Positions 29,775-38,173 of a stretch of DNA of 49,779 nucleotides are shown piece by piece. A program made the translations under genes and the position numbers. Origin of the DNA: a virus; the IMG/VR virus record IMGVR_UViG_3300021387_001333, positions 1 through 49,779 of that record, one strand, 5' to 3'. Within the stretch, counting starts at the first letter, position 1. Every line of letters begins with the position of its first letter. The notes beneath the pieces were generated by a model. The model searched no databases. It saw nothing but the letters and a program-made list of their open reading frames with translations, and was not told where the DNA came from.

Positions 29775-30353
29775 ATGTCATTTACGCGGGCATTTTTAAA
29801 AGCAAACGGCCTCAACGACGACCAAATCACTTCCGTAATGGAAGAGCACACCGCCATCGTCGACAGGATCAGGAATGAACTGAACGGCTATAAAGCGGAT
29901 GCCGAAAAGCTGCCTCAAGTCCAAAAAGAACTGGACGATTTGAAGAACGGCGAGGATTTTAAGGCGAAGTTTGAAAAAGAACACGCCGACTTTGAGCAGT
30001 ACAAAGCTGACATCGCCAAGGCAGAACAGACCAAAGCCGTCAAACAGGCCTACCGGAAACTGCTGCTGGATGAACGCATCAACGAGAAGCACATCGACAG
30101 CATCCTCGGAATCACGAATTTTGACGGGCTCAAGCTGGACAAGGACGGTGCTCTGGAGAACGTGGACGCTCTCAAGAAAACCATTTCCGAAAAGTACAGC
30201 GATTTTCAGGTGAAACAGAAAACGAAAATTCACCAGCCCGAAACCCCGCCCGAAATTGATGTTGGCGGCGGAGCAAGTGATATCCGTCAGCTTGCCGCGA
30301 AATGGCATGACCAACGTTACGGGAAGGTACAGACTTCCCAACCCAAAACCTAA
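29775..30353 (+). CDS. Scaffolding protein
   Basis: Helical, charged 192-aa protein directly upstream of the capsid genes. Confidence 0.7.
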   Translation: MSFTRAFLKANGLNDDQITSVMEEHTAIVDRIRNELNGYKADAEKLPQVQKELDDLKNGEDFKAKFEKEHADFEQYKADIAKAEQTKAVKQAYRKLLLDERINEKHIDSILGITNFDGLKLDKDGALENVDALKKTISEKYSDFQVKQKTKIHQPETPPEIDVGGGASDIRQLAAKWHDQRYGKVQTSQPKT

Positions 30354-30370
30354 AGAAAGGATGATGTGAG

Positions 30371-30724
30371 ATGTCTTTTAACGCCGCTACTACTGGCGTT
30401 AGCTATGCTCCGGGCTGGTTCCTCGCGGACAATGAACATTGCACCCGCGAAACCCGCACCATTCCCGCGAACCATGCCGAAGTAAAGACCGCCGCCAACG
30501 GTGGCAAGTACGTCCCTATGGGTGCTTATATCACCGGCGCTGGCATCCTCTACGAGGACGTGGACGTGACTACCGGCGATATGCCCGGCTCTGTCGTGAC
30601 CGCCGGAACGGTCTATCAGGATCGTGTAGGCGCTGCCGCCGTCACCGCCAAGACCACCTTGGAGGGCCTCGGAATCAAATTTATCACCGCTACCCCTGCC
30701 GTAACCCGGCCTGATGACACCTGA
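30371..30724 (+). CDS. Capsid accessory/decoration-like protein
   Basis: Its position is between the scaffold and major capsid genes. 117 aa. Confidence 0.5.
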   Translation: MSFNAATTGVSYAPGWFLADNEHCTRETRTIPANHAEVKTAANGGKYVPMGAYITGAGILYEDVDVTTGDMPGSVVTAGTVYQDRVGAAAVTAKTTLEGLGIKFITATPAVTRPDDT

Positions 30725-30741
30725 GAAGGAGGCGAATAGAA

Positions 30742-31821
30742 ATGGCTGATCGCTTTGAAAACGGCATCTTCGGCATGATTCGCCCCGAAGATTGGCTCCA
30801 GATCGGTTACGATGTCGAACGCCCCAACGATCCCACATCCGAACTGTGGGGGGACGTGAAGACCGATAACCTTGTCGCTTACTGGGAATCCATCGCCGCC
30901 GAATACAACGTGCCCGTGATGGCCCAGTTCCACGCCTTTGACACCGAGGCGCAGAAAGCCCTCCGTGTCCCCGTCGATACCCACAACATCGAAAAAGGTC
31001 TGATCAAGGAAAAGATCGACCAGTCCGAACGGCTCCGCGCCCTGATCAACCGTGGCGTAACCAACCAGTCTGCCCTTTACGAAAAAGTCCTCCGCGATGG
31101 CTATAACCTCGCCGATCACGTGTTCACCCGCGCCATCGTCGCAAAAAACGAGGTGCTGTACACCGGCAAAATGACCATCAAGGAAAACAACCTCAACGTT
31201 ACCGTTGATTACGGCGTTCCGAATGCGAACCTGAACAAGACCCTGGACTTCGGCGCTGGCGCGACCGCCCCGCTGGATGAACAGCTTCTCTCCATCGTCG
31301 GTGATTCTCAGGACAAGGGCGTACCCATCGACACCCTGTACACTACCAGCACCGACTTCAACCGCTTCCGTAAGGACACGAACATCCAGAAGGCCATCAA
31401 CGGCGTTTACATGCAGGGCCAGCTCGTCCGCAACGCCGACCTCCGCCAGTACCTCGGAGAGGAATTCGGCATCACCCGTATCATCCTTCAGGACGGCGTG
31501 TACTCCAAGCCCTACACAATGGGTCAGAACGGTCGGCCCGTGACCACCAGCAACCACCTTTACCCCGTCGGCAAGTTCACCTTTGCTCATACCGGCGGCG
31601 GCAAGGTCGGCGATGGCCTGTGGGGCGATCCGCCCGAAGTCAGCGCGTCCCGGTTCATGGACGTTTCCGCTTCCGAGGTCAGCCCGTATGTTTACGTCAG
31701 CCAGTATGCTGAGAACGACCCGGCTGTGACATGGACGAAGGCTTCCGCCCTGTTCATGCCCGTTCTCTACAATCCCAACGGCCTGTACATCGCCGCCTAT
31801 ACCAATACGACCGGTGGCTGA
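30742..31821 (+). CDS. Major capsid protein
   Basis: 359 aa, with position and composition typical of a major capsid protein. The resemblance to the E-like family is recalled, not verified. Confidence 0.85.
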   Translation: MADRFENGIFGMIRPEDWLQIGYDVERPNDPTSELWGDVKTDNLVAYWESIAAEYNVPVMAQFHAFDTEAQKALRVPVDTHNIEKGLIKEKIDQSERLRALINRGVTNQSALYEKVLRDGYNLADHVFTRAIVAKNEVLYTGKMTIKENNLNVTVDYGVPNANLNKTLDFGAGATAPLDEQLLSIVGDSQDKGVPIDTLYTTSTDFNRFRKDTNIQKAINGVYMQGQLVRNADLRQYLGEEFGITRIILQDGVYSKPYTMGQNGRPVTTSNHLYPVGKFTFAHTGGGKVGDGLWGDPPEVSASRFMDVSASEVSPYVYVSQYAENDPAVTWTKASALFMPVLYNPNGLYIAAYTNTTGG

Positions 31822-32051
31822 TGATGTATAAAGCACTTTGTGTTTTCCGTGACTTGCAGGACGGCCATCTGTATAACGCAGATGAGCCGTTCCCGCATGA
31901 CGGGCGGGAGATTCCCCCGGACAGGTTGGAAGCTCTTTTAACCGGCAAAAACGCCGCAAAAAGGCCCCTCATTGTCAGGGCCGGGGAATTTACCGAGCCG
32001 GACGTGAAAACGCCGCAGAAGCCAAAAAAACGCACTAAAACGAAGGAATAA
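31821..32051 (+). CDS. Hypothetical head-module protein with a basic C-terminus
   Basis: ATG 31821 (ATGA overlap), in the frame of ORF 31731..32051. Confidence 0.5.
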   Translation: MMYKALCVFRDLQDGHLYNADEPFPHDGREIPPDRLEALLTGKNAAKRPLIVRAGEFTEPDVKTPQKPKKRTKTKE

Positions 32052-32066
32052 AGGCGGTGAGAGACG

Positions 32067-32534
32067 ATGCTCCAGCAGGTATGCGAACAAATCCATAATT
32101 TCTTCATCCAGAAGCCGAATCCCGGCACGTATACCATCTCCGGCGGCGTCCTCTCTCCCCTCCCGGCTCTTTGGGAGGGCCAACGCTTTTGGATCGTCGG
32201 CAGTGCGCTCAACGACGGCGTTTACACCTACCATGCCGCCGGTATCACGGATGATGATGAAGAATCGTCTGCTTCGCTGATGGACGAAACCTTTTCCGGC
32301 TCCGTGTGCGCTCTGGCTGTCCCCCGCGCCGTCATCGATCTCGCAAAAGATATCAAGGACTGGAACGAAAAATACGCCGATGCCCTGAACAGTCCTTACC
32401 AGTCCGAGGACGTGATCGGCGTTTATTCCTACGAAAAAATGACCGCCAGCAAAGTAAACGGCGGCAATAGCATCATCAGCTGGCAGGATCAATTTGCCAA
32501 CCGGCTGAAACCATGGAGGAAGGTGAGCCTGTGA
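32067..32534 (+). CDS. Head-tail connector (gp6-like)
   Basis: Position, plus a pattern common to Firmicutes siphovirus connector proteins (recollection). Confidence 0.6.
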   Translation: MLQQVCEQIHNFFIQKPNPGTYTISGGVLSPLPALWEGQRFWIVGSALNDGVYTYHAAGITDDDEESSASLMDETFSGSVCALAVPRAVIDLAKDIKDWNEKYADALNSPYQSEDVIGVYSYEKMTASKVNGGNSIISWQDQFANRLKPWRKVSL

Positions 32535-32884
32535 ATCTGCTGGAAAGTATGATGGACAATTGCACGATCTTGGATCGTGTCACTTCCTCCGATGGGGTTT
32601 TGGGTCTTGTCAGCGCATGGCAGGACGGCGCGACCTTCAAAGCGACCATCATCAAGGATAACACCACCGAGGCCCATATCGCCGAACAGCAGGGGATCAA
32701 GCAGATTTATACCGTTGTCACCCAAAAGGGCTTCGGTCTGTGGTATCACGCCGTATTCCGCCGGGACAGCGACGGACAGATCTTCCGCGTCACCAGCGAA
32801 CAGCGTGACAGTGAGGCCCCGGAAGCCAGCACCATAAAAATCGGCAAAGTGACCGCCGAAAGGTGGGTGCTGCCGGATGCTTAA
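32513..32884 (+). CDS. Head-tail adaptor/head closure protein
   Basis: ORF track. GTG 32531 is an alternative start. Called from position. Confidence 0.55.
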   Translation: MEEGEPVNLLESMMDNCTILDRVTSSDGVLGLVSAWQDGATFKATIIKDNTTEAHIAEQQGIKQIYTVVTQKGFGLWYHAVFRRDSDGQIFRVTSEQRDSEAPEASTIKIGKVTAERWVLPDA

Positions 32885-33245
32885 AGCCGCGCAGACGCTC
32901 GCTGAGTTTTTCGGCGGTTTCGGCCTTCCCGTATATCAGGAAGAGGACGTGCCCGACACCGCGACCCCGCCTTATATCACGATCCCGCTGAAAGAACCGG
33001 ACTGGCGGTCTCAGGCTTCCTACCAGTTCTCTATCTGGTATCGCACTACCACGAATCTGCCGCCTATCAGGAAAGCGGACGAAATCCTCGCCGCCGTACA
33101 CGAGGGCGTGCGTCTGTACTTTGACGGCGGGCTGTTGGTTCTCAGGATCGACAGCGACACGCCCACGCAAATCATGGTCGACGGAGATTACCGCTGCGCC
33201 CGTGTCTCCCTCGTCCTCAACGCTTACAATCTTCCGGGCGAATAA
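32877..33245 (+). CDS. Tail completion/neck protein
   Basis: Called from position. Confidence 0.5.
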   Translation: MLKAAQTLAEFFGGFGLPVYQEEDVPDTATPPYITIPLKEPDWRSQASYQFSIWYRTTTNLPPIRKADEILAAVHEGVRLYFDGGLLVLRIDSDTPTQIMVDGDYRCARVSLVLNAYNLPGE

Positions 33246-33265
33246 CCCGGAGAAAGGAGAAAACA

Positions 33266-33880
33266 ATGCCCGCAGGAATGACTACCAACCTGACCGCCGC
33301 CGGTTTTAAGAAGCTGATTCTTAACGCCGGTGCTTTTGTGGCCGGTTTTGATCCTTCCACCTATGCCACCGTTGCCGATCTTAAAACGGCCCTCGCTACC
33401 GCTCTTGCCGATAACACGAAGAATCTCGGCATGACGCGGGGCGACAGTTCTTTTAACGTCACCCGCGAAATGCGTCAGGTGGAAGCGAACGGCGTTCGTT
33501 ACCGCTTTGTCGGCGACACTTTTGTCGACAGCTCCGATGCCTACCTGTCCACCACTTTAATTCAAGTTGGCGAGCCGGAGGTGCTGAAAAACGCCCTCGG
33601 AACCGTTACCGTTACCACTTCCGGCGACAAGACTACCTTGAAGATGAAGACCCGCATCGAGGAGGGCGATTACATCAGCCATCTTTGCTGGGTCGGCGAT
33701 GTGGCGGACGGCGGTCTGACGCTGATCCATCTGCTCAACGCCTTTAATACATCTGACATCAATATGTCCATCACCGACAAGGGCGAAGTCACCCTCCCCG
33801 TCGAATTCCACGCTTTCCAAGGCGACGTGGAGGACTACGATTACGCCCCCTTCGAGATTCTGTTCCTCGATACCCCTTGA
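33266..33880 (+). CDS. Major tail protein
   Basis: 204 aa, immediately upstream of the chaperone and tape measure genes. Confidence 0.75.
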   Translation: MPAGMTTNLTAAGFKKLILNAGAFVAGFDPSTYATVADLKTALATALADNTKNLGMTRGDSSFNVTREMRQVEANGVRYRFVGDTFVDSSDAYLSTTLIQVGEPEVLKNALGTVTVTTSGDKTTLKMKTRIEEGDYISHLCWVGDVADGGLTLIHLLNAFNTSDINMSITDKGEVTLPVEFHAFQGDVEDYDYAPFEILFLDTP

Positions 33881-34281
33881 CCCTGACCCTATCGGGGATC
33901 ACGTTAGGGTCGGGACTAACGCTTTCACCGGCGTTTGATCCAAAAACCTTGGAATATACCGTGGACGTGCCGCAATCTTTAGCATCTTTGTCTGTTGCGC
34001 TGGCATTTAACGAGGGATCAACTCTTGGAAAACCTCGATATGTTGGGCAAACGGTAAGCTATGATTATGCACAGCTTGGTTATTTCAACGAAAACGATGA
34101 AATGACTAAGATGGCGATAAAACAAGCCACCGTCACTACGACTTCCGCGGAAACCTTTGAAGCGAATCCTCAAATGCTGGATATTTCTCTTGAAGGCAGC
34201 TATATCAATGCAAGGATTGAGGTTTACAGCCCGCTTCTCGATCAGTCCAACTATTATAAAATCAGGTTCAACAGAGTATAA
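33877..34281 (+). CDS. Cadherin-like/Ig-like beta-sandwich domain ORF (probably expressed as a -1 frameshift extension of the major tail protein)
   Basis: LSGITLGSGLTLSPAFDPKTLEYTVDVP matches the cadherin-like beta-sandwich repeat pattern. There is no SD and only a TTG start overlapping the stop. The -1 frame is open far upstream. Confidence 0.6.
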   Translation: MTLTLSGITLGSGLTLSPAFDPKTLEYTVDVPQSLASLSVALAFNEGSTLGKPRYVGQTVSYDYAQLGYFNENDEMTKMAIKQATVTTTSAETFEANPQMLDISLEGSYINARIEVYSPLLDQSNYYKIRFNRV

Positions 34282-34289
34282 CCACCACA

Positions 34290-34322
34290 GCGGGGCGGGG
34301 ATTCCCGCTCCGCCATCTTTTT
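34290..34322 (+). terminator. Rho-independent terminator/attenuator
   Basis: 10-bp stem GCGGGGCGGG/CCCGCTCCGC (one G.U), then CATCTTTTT. Confidence 0.6.
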
Positions 34323-34333
34323 AGGAGGGCAAA

Positions 34334-34744
34334 TTGAAACTATCCGAAATGACCAATGATCAGGCCGCAGAGGTCATGATCCGCCTCGCCGAACCCATCG
34401 GCGCGATCTGCGATGATGAAGAAGCCGTGAAGATGATCGACGAGTACAAGCACCGCTATAAAATGCCCCTCTTTTACGCCGTCGGCAAGATGATCCCGAC
34501 CCTCGTCGGGTATTTATTGAAAAAGCGGAAGACGGAGCTTTATGAGATCATCTCCATCCTCTCCGGCAAAAAGAAATCCGAGATCGGGAAGATGAACTTC
34601 GCCGAGACTGTTTCCATCATCCGGGATTCCTACGATGACACCCTCTCCGTTTTTTTTCGCTCATCCGGCAGTGCACTCCTGAGCGCCGTCAAAAAGTCGT
34701 CTGCCATCTCCTCCGCCACGGCTGGCACGGCTGGTACGCCCTGA
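34334..34744 (+). CDS. Tail assembly chaperone (G-like)
   Basis: TTG start after GGAGGGCAAA. It lies directly upstream of the tape measure gene. Confidence 0.8.
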   Translation: MKLSEMTNDQAAEVMIRLAEPIGAICDDEEAVKMIDEYKHRYKMPLFYAVGKMIPTLVGYLLKKRKTELYEIISILSGKKKSEIGKMNFAETVSIIRDSYDDTLSVFFRSSGSALLSAVKKSSAISSATAGTAGTP

Positions 34745-34956
34745 GATGCCTGCTGGATGAAGACGAGAAGCAGCGGAAGTATAACGATTATGTCGCCATC
34801 GTCCAGTCCCTTATAGGCCAAGTTCTCTGCGCCTACATGGGCGGGGAATGGCCCTTGCCGAACTACGGCGAATTCATGTACCCCGAACGCTACAAAGAAG
34901 ACACGCAATCCTATGAGGAAATCCGCCAATCCCTCATCGCACGTCTTACCCAATAA
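34334..34956 (+). CDS. Tail assembly chaperone, -1 frameshift product (GT-like)
   Basis: A -1 slip at T TTT TTT (34651-34657) continues ...SVFF/SLIRQ... to TAA 34954-34956. The -1 frame encodes the plausible protein ...WYALRCLLDEDEKQRKYNDYVAIVQSLIG... Confidence 0.75.
34651..34657 (+). promoter_or_regulatory. Slippery heptamer T_TTT_TTT for the chaperone -1 frameshift
   Basis: A T8 run at 34650-34657. The zero-frame codons are GTT TTT TTT CGC. Confidence 0.75.
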
Positions 34957-34977
34957 ACAAGGAAAGGAGGCGGATCA

Positions 34978-37404
34978 ATGGACGCATTTACGCTGGTTGC
35001 GCGGCTGACGCTGAACAAGCAAGAATTTGAAACCGGCATGGCGCAGATCGAAGGGGATCTGAAAACCGATAAATTTACCAGTCCCTTCGGCGCATGGGGT
35101 GTCACGGTCGGCAATCTTGCGTCTCAGGCTTTTACAAGGGTTTTCCGTACTGGTGTCAATTTTGCCAAATCCATGCTCACTACCGGCATGAATTTTGAAG
35201 AAATGATGAGCTACGTCGAATCCGTCGCCCACCCTACCGAAAAGCAATTCCAGGCCCTCAACGAACGCGCCCAGGAACTCGGCGCTTCCACAAAATTCAC
35301 TGCCACCGAAGTTGGCGAAGCCTTTTACTACATGGGTATCGCTGGCTGGAAAACTGAAGAAATGCTCGCCGGTATCGAGGGCGTTCTAAACCTCGCCGCT
35401 GCCTCTGGGGAAAACCTCGGAACAGTTTCCGATATCGTCACTGATGCCATTACCGCCATGGGCTTGACCGCTGATGATACCGCCCACTTTGTCAATGTTC
35501 TCACTGCCGCCTCTACAAACTCCAACACCACCGTCGCCCAGATGGGTGAGGCCTTCAAATATCTTGCTACTACAGGCGGCGTTCTGGAGTACAGTATTGA
35601 GGACGTTGCTTCCGTTCTTGGTTTGCTGGCAAACAACGGTATCAAAGCCGGACAAGCCGGTACATCCATGCGTCAGATTTTAAATACCCTTATTGCGCCT
35701 TCAGACGCAGCCCGTAAAGCAATGGATGCGCTCGGCGTTTCTTTGTTTGAAGCGGGCACAGACAAAAGGAAGCCGCTTTTACAGGTGGTAGAAGAATTAC
35801 GTACTATATTCAAAGACGCTAACTTTAATCTTGAAGGCTTTTCTGCAGAGGATATGCAGGAAGGCTTGGAAAAACTTGATGAATGGTACGACAAAGAAGA
35901 GAAAAAAATTCAGCAAGAGTATGACAGCGGGGCTATTGGAAAAAAAGTATTCGATTACCAAATGAAACAACTCGATAAGGCGTATAAAGATAAGTTCGCA
36001 CAAACTTATGGGCCGAACGAGTGGTTTCTTGGCCAATTAAGCGATATTGGCGGTCTGCGCGGCATTTCATCCCTGTTCGCCCTGATGAACTCCACGGACG
36101 ATGACGTGAACCAGCTCGTGGATGCCGTCAACAAAAGTTCCGAAGGTCGCGGCTCTGCTGCCGAAACGGCCCTTATCATGCTCGACAACCTTAAGGGCGA
36201 TGTTACTATCCTTAACTCTGCTATTGACGGCCTCAAGCTTGCGATGTTCGATGAAGTCAACCCCGCTGCTCGTGATTTCGTCCAAATCCTGACAAAAGGC
36301 GTGACGAAGGTCACTAACTTCATCAAGCACGGCCAGCTCGAATGGACTGCCGAGGATGAGAAGAATGAATCCATTGGCAACGCCGAGGCCGCTGCCGCCG
36401 AGGGCCAGGGCATCGTTTCCTACATGGATACGCTGATCCAGAAGTACGGCGAGGCCGCCACGAACTCCGGCGAATGGGCCGACGCGATGGCCCGCCTGCA
36501 GGAGCTTTTCCCCGACATCAACGGGGCTATCAAAGCCGAAGGCGATAACTTAAAAGAAACCACCGAGAGCATGCGCCAGCACATCGAGATGAGCAAGCAG
36601 AAGGCCATCGAAGACGCAAAGCGCACCTACCTCGCTGATCTCCAAAAGCAGTACAACGACAACCAGGTGGCCCTCGGAAAGCTGGAAGTCGGCCAGGACT
36701 ACGCCATCCAAACCCAGCTCCAGGATGCCCGCCGCATGGCCGAGATTTATCTGAGCAACCGCCAGTCCGCAGAAGCCATGTTCGGCCAGGGCTACCGCGC
36801 TACAACGGATGAATTTGCCGCCTATAACACCGTCGAGGAAATCGTCTCCGCCCTCCAGTCTGGAAAGGTCGGCCTTGACAGCTTCATGGCCTACCTCGAA
36901 GCCTCCCAGGATGAGCTCGACCTTCCCACCCTCCAGGCCCTCCGCAAGCAATACGAGGAATCCCAGACCACCTACGAAAGCAACGAGCAGCAGATCAAGG
37001 CCCTCACCGATGAGGCCATCAACCTGCAGACCCAGCTCTCCGTTGCCGAGGCCGCCATCGCCCGCCTCGCCGAAGCTGCTGAAAGTTCCGCCGCTGCCCT
37101 CGCCGCCACCCCCGACATCCCCGCCGATTCCGCCGAGCACGCCGCTGGTAACTGGTTCGTTCCCTATAATGATTACCCCGCCATTTTGCATCGCGGCGAG
37201 GCCGTCCTCACCGCCTCCCAGGCCCGCCAGTTCCGCGAGAACGCCTCCGCCGCGAACATCGATATTTCCGCCCTGACCTCCGCCATCGTCGGGGCCGTTC
37301 AGGAGGGCCTACGCGACGCACAGGTCAACGCCTATCTCGATGGAAACCGCGTGACAAGGGAAGTGAGCCGGATCATGAACGATCAGATGATGTTAGCGAG
37401 GTGA
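34978..37404 (+). CDS. Tape measure protein
   Basis: 808 aa, helical and Ala/Gln-rich, positioned after the G/GT genes. Confidence 0.9.
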   Translation: MDAFTLVARLTLNKQEFETGMAQIEGDLKTDKFTSPFGAWGVTVGNLASQAFTRVFRTGVNFAKSMLTTGMNFEEMMSYVESVAHPTEKQFQALNERAQELGASTKFTATEVGEAFYYMGIAGWKTEEMLAGIEGVLNLAAASGENLGTVSDIVTDAITAMGLTADDTAHFVNVLTAASTNSNTTVAQMGEAFKYLATTGGVLEYSIEDVASVLGLLANNGIKAGQAGTSMRQILNTLIAPSDAARKAMDALGVSLFEAGTDKRKPLLQVVEELRTIFKDANFNLEGFSAEDMQEGLEKLDEWYDKEEKKIQQEYDSGAIGKKVFDYQMKQLDKAYKDKFAQTYGPNEWFLGQLSDIGGLRGISSLFALMNSTDDDVNQLVDAVNKSSEGRGSAAETALIMLDNLKGDVTILNSAIDGLKLAMFDEVNPAARDFVQILTKGVTKVTNFIKHGQLEWTAEDEKNESIGNAEAAAAEGQGIVSYMDTLIQKYGEAATNSGEWADAMARLQELFPDINGAIKAEGDNLKETTESMRQHIEMSKQKAIEDAKRTYLADLQKQYNDNQVALGKLEVGQDYAIQTQLQDARRMAEIYLSNRQSAEAMFGQGYRATTDEFAAYNTVEEIVSALQSGKVGLDSFMAYLEASQDELDLPTLQALRKQYEESQTTYESNEQQIKALTDEAINLQTQLSVAEAAIARLAEAAESSAAALAATPDIPADSAEHAAGNWFVPYNDYPAILHRGEAVLTASQARQFRENASAANIDISALTSAIVGAVQEGLRDAQVNAYLDGNRVTREVSRIMNDQMMLAR

Positions 37405-37408
37405 TGGC

Positions 37409-38173
37409 ATGAAAACCCGTTATGAAGTATTCCTGAATGATATTTCCCTTTCCAGCCTCAACGAAAATCTCGCCATCACCGATATTTCCTACCCAGCCCC
37501 GTCCATTGAACACAGTGTTTCACAATACGCCGGACGGGACGGCGGTTACGTTTCCGGCAGCAGGAAATCGGAAGCTGTCGTGGTCGTTTCCTTCGAGCTT
37601 CACATTTATAACACGCAGGAACGCCAAGCCGCCTGTCAGGAGGTCATTTCGTGGGCAAAAAACGGCGGAAAACTGCAAACCTCCGACCGCGTAGACCAGT
37701 ATTTCCAATGCGTCTGCCGCAAGCCCCCTTCCATTGAAAGCGCACTCAAATGGACGGACACGCTGACCGTGGAATTTGCCGCCTACGCCATCCCTTACTG
37801 GCAGTCCGAATTTGCGTCAGAAGCGGCTTTATCCGGGGCTGATGCTTCCGGGGCAGTATTTGTACCGGGCAACGGTAAAACCCGCGCAGACGTTAAAATA
37901 ACCGCCTCTGCGGCCATTTCCAGCATCACCGTCGGTTTTGGTTCTGCTTCCATCACTCTTTCCGGCCTCACCGTCTCCGCCGGGGATGTGATCACCTTTT
38001 CCCATGACGAGAACGGAACCCTCTATATCAAGCAGGGAACCGTCTCCCTCCTGCTCCACCGCACCCCGGCTTCTTCCGATGACCTTGAAGCCGACTGCGG
38101 AACTATCCCTATCTCTATCACCGCTTCTTCCTCCGTCGAAGCCGTTTTCAGCGCAAAGGGGGTGTGGAATTGA
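37409..38173 (+). CDS. Distal tail protein (Dit-like)
   Basis: 254 aa, directly after the tape measure gene. Confidence 0.7.
   Translation: MKTRYEVFLNDISLSSLNENLAITDISYPAPSIEHSVSQYAGRDGGYVSGSRKSEAVVVVSFELHIYNTQERQAACQEVISWAKNGGKLQTSDRVDQYFQCVCRKPPSIESALKWTDTLTVEFAAYAIPYWQSEFASEAALSGADASGAVFVPGNGKTRADVKITASAAISSITVGFGSASITLSGLTVSAGDVITFSHDENGTLYIKQGTVSLLLHRTPASSDDLEADCGTIPISITASSSVEAVFSAKGVWN

Noticed and set aside
30616-31959. 447-aa minus-strand ORF covering the decoration and major capsid genes
   Set aside because: It is antisense to strongly supported + strand structural genes. The sequence is R/G/A/V-rich shadow-ORF composition with no SD, and it is typical of the high-GC third-position bias of the opposite strand.
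36550-37276. Minus-strand 213-aa ORF and + strand alternate-frame P/S/T-rich 155-aa ORF inside the tape measure gene
   Set aside because: Both are low-complexity translations of the Ala/Glu/Gln-rich tape measure coding sequence in other frames, with no independent start signals.
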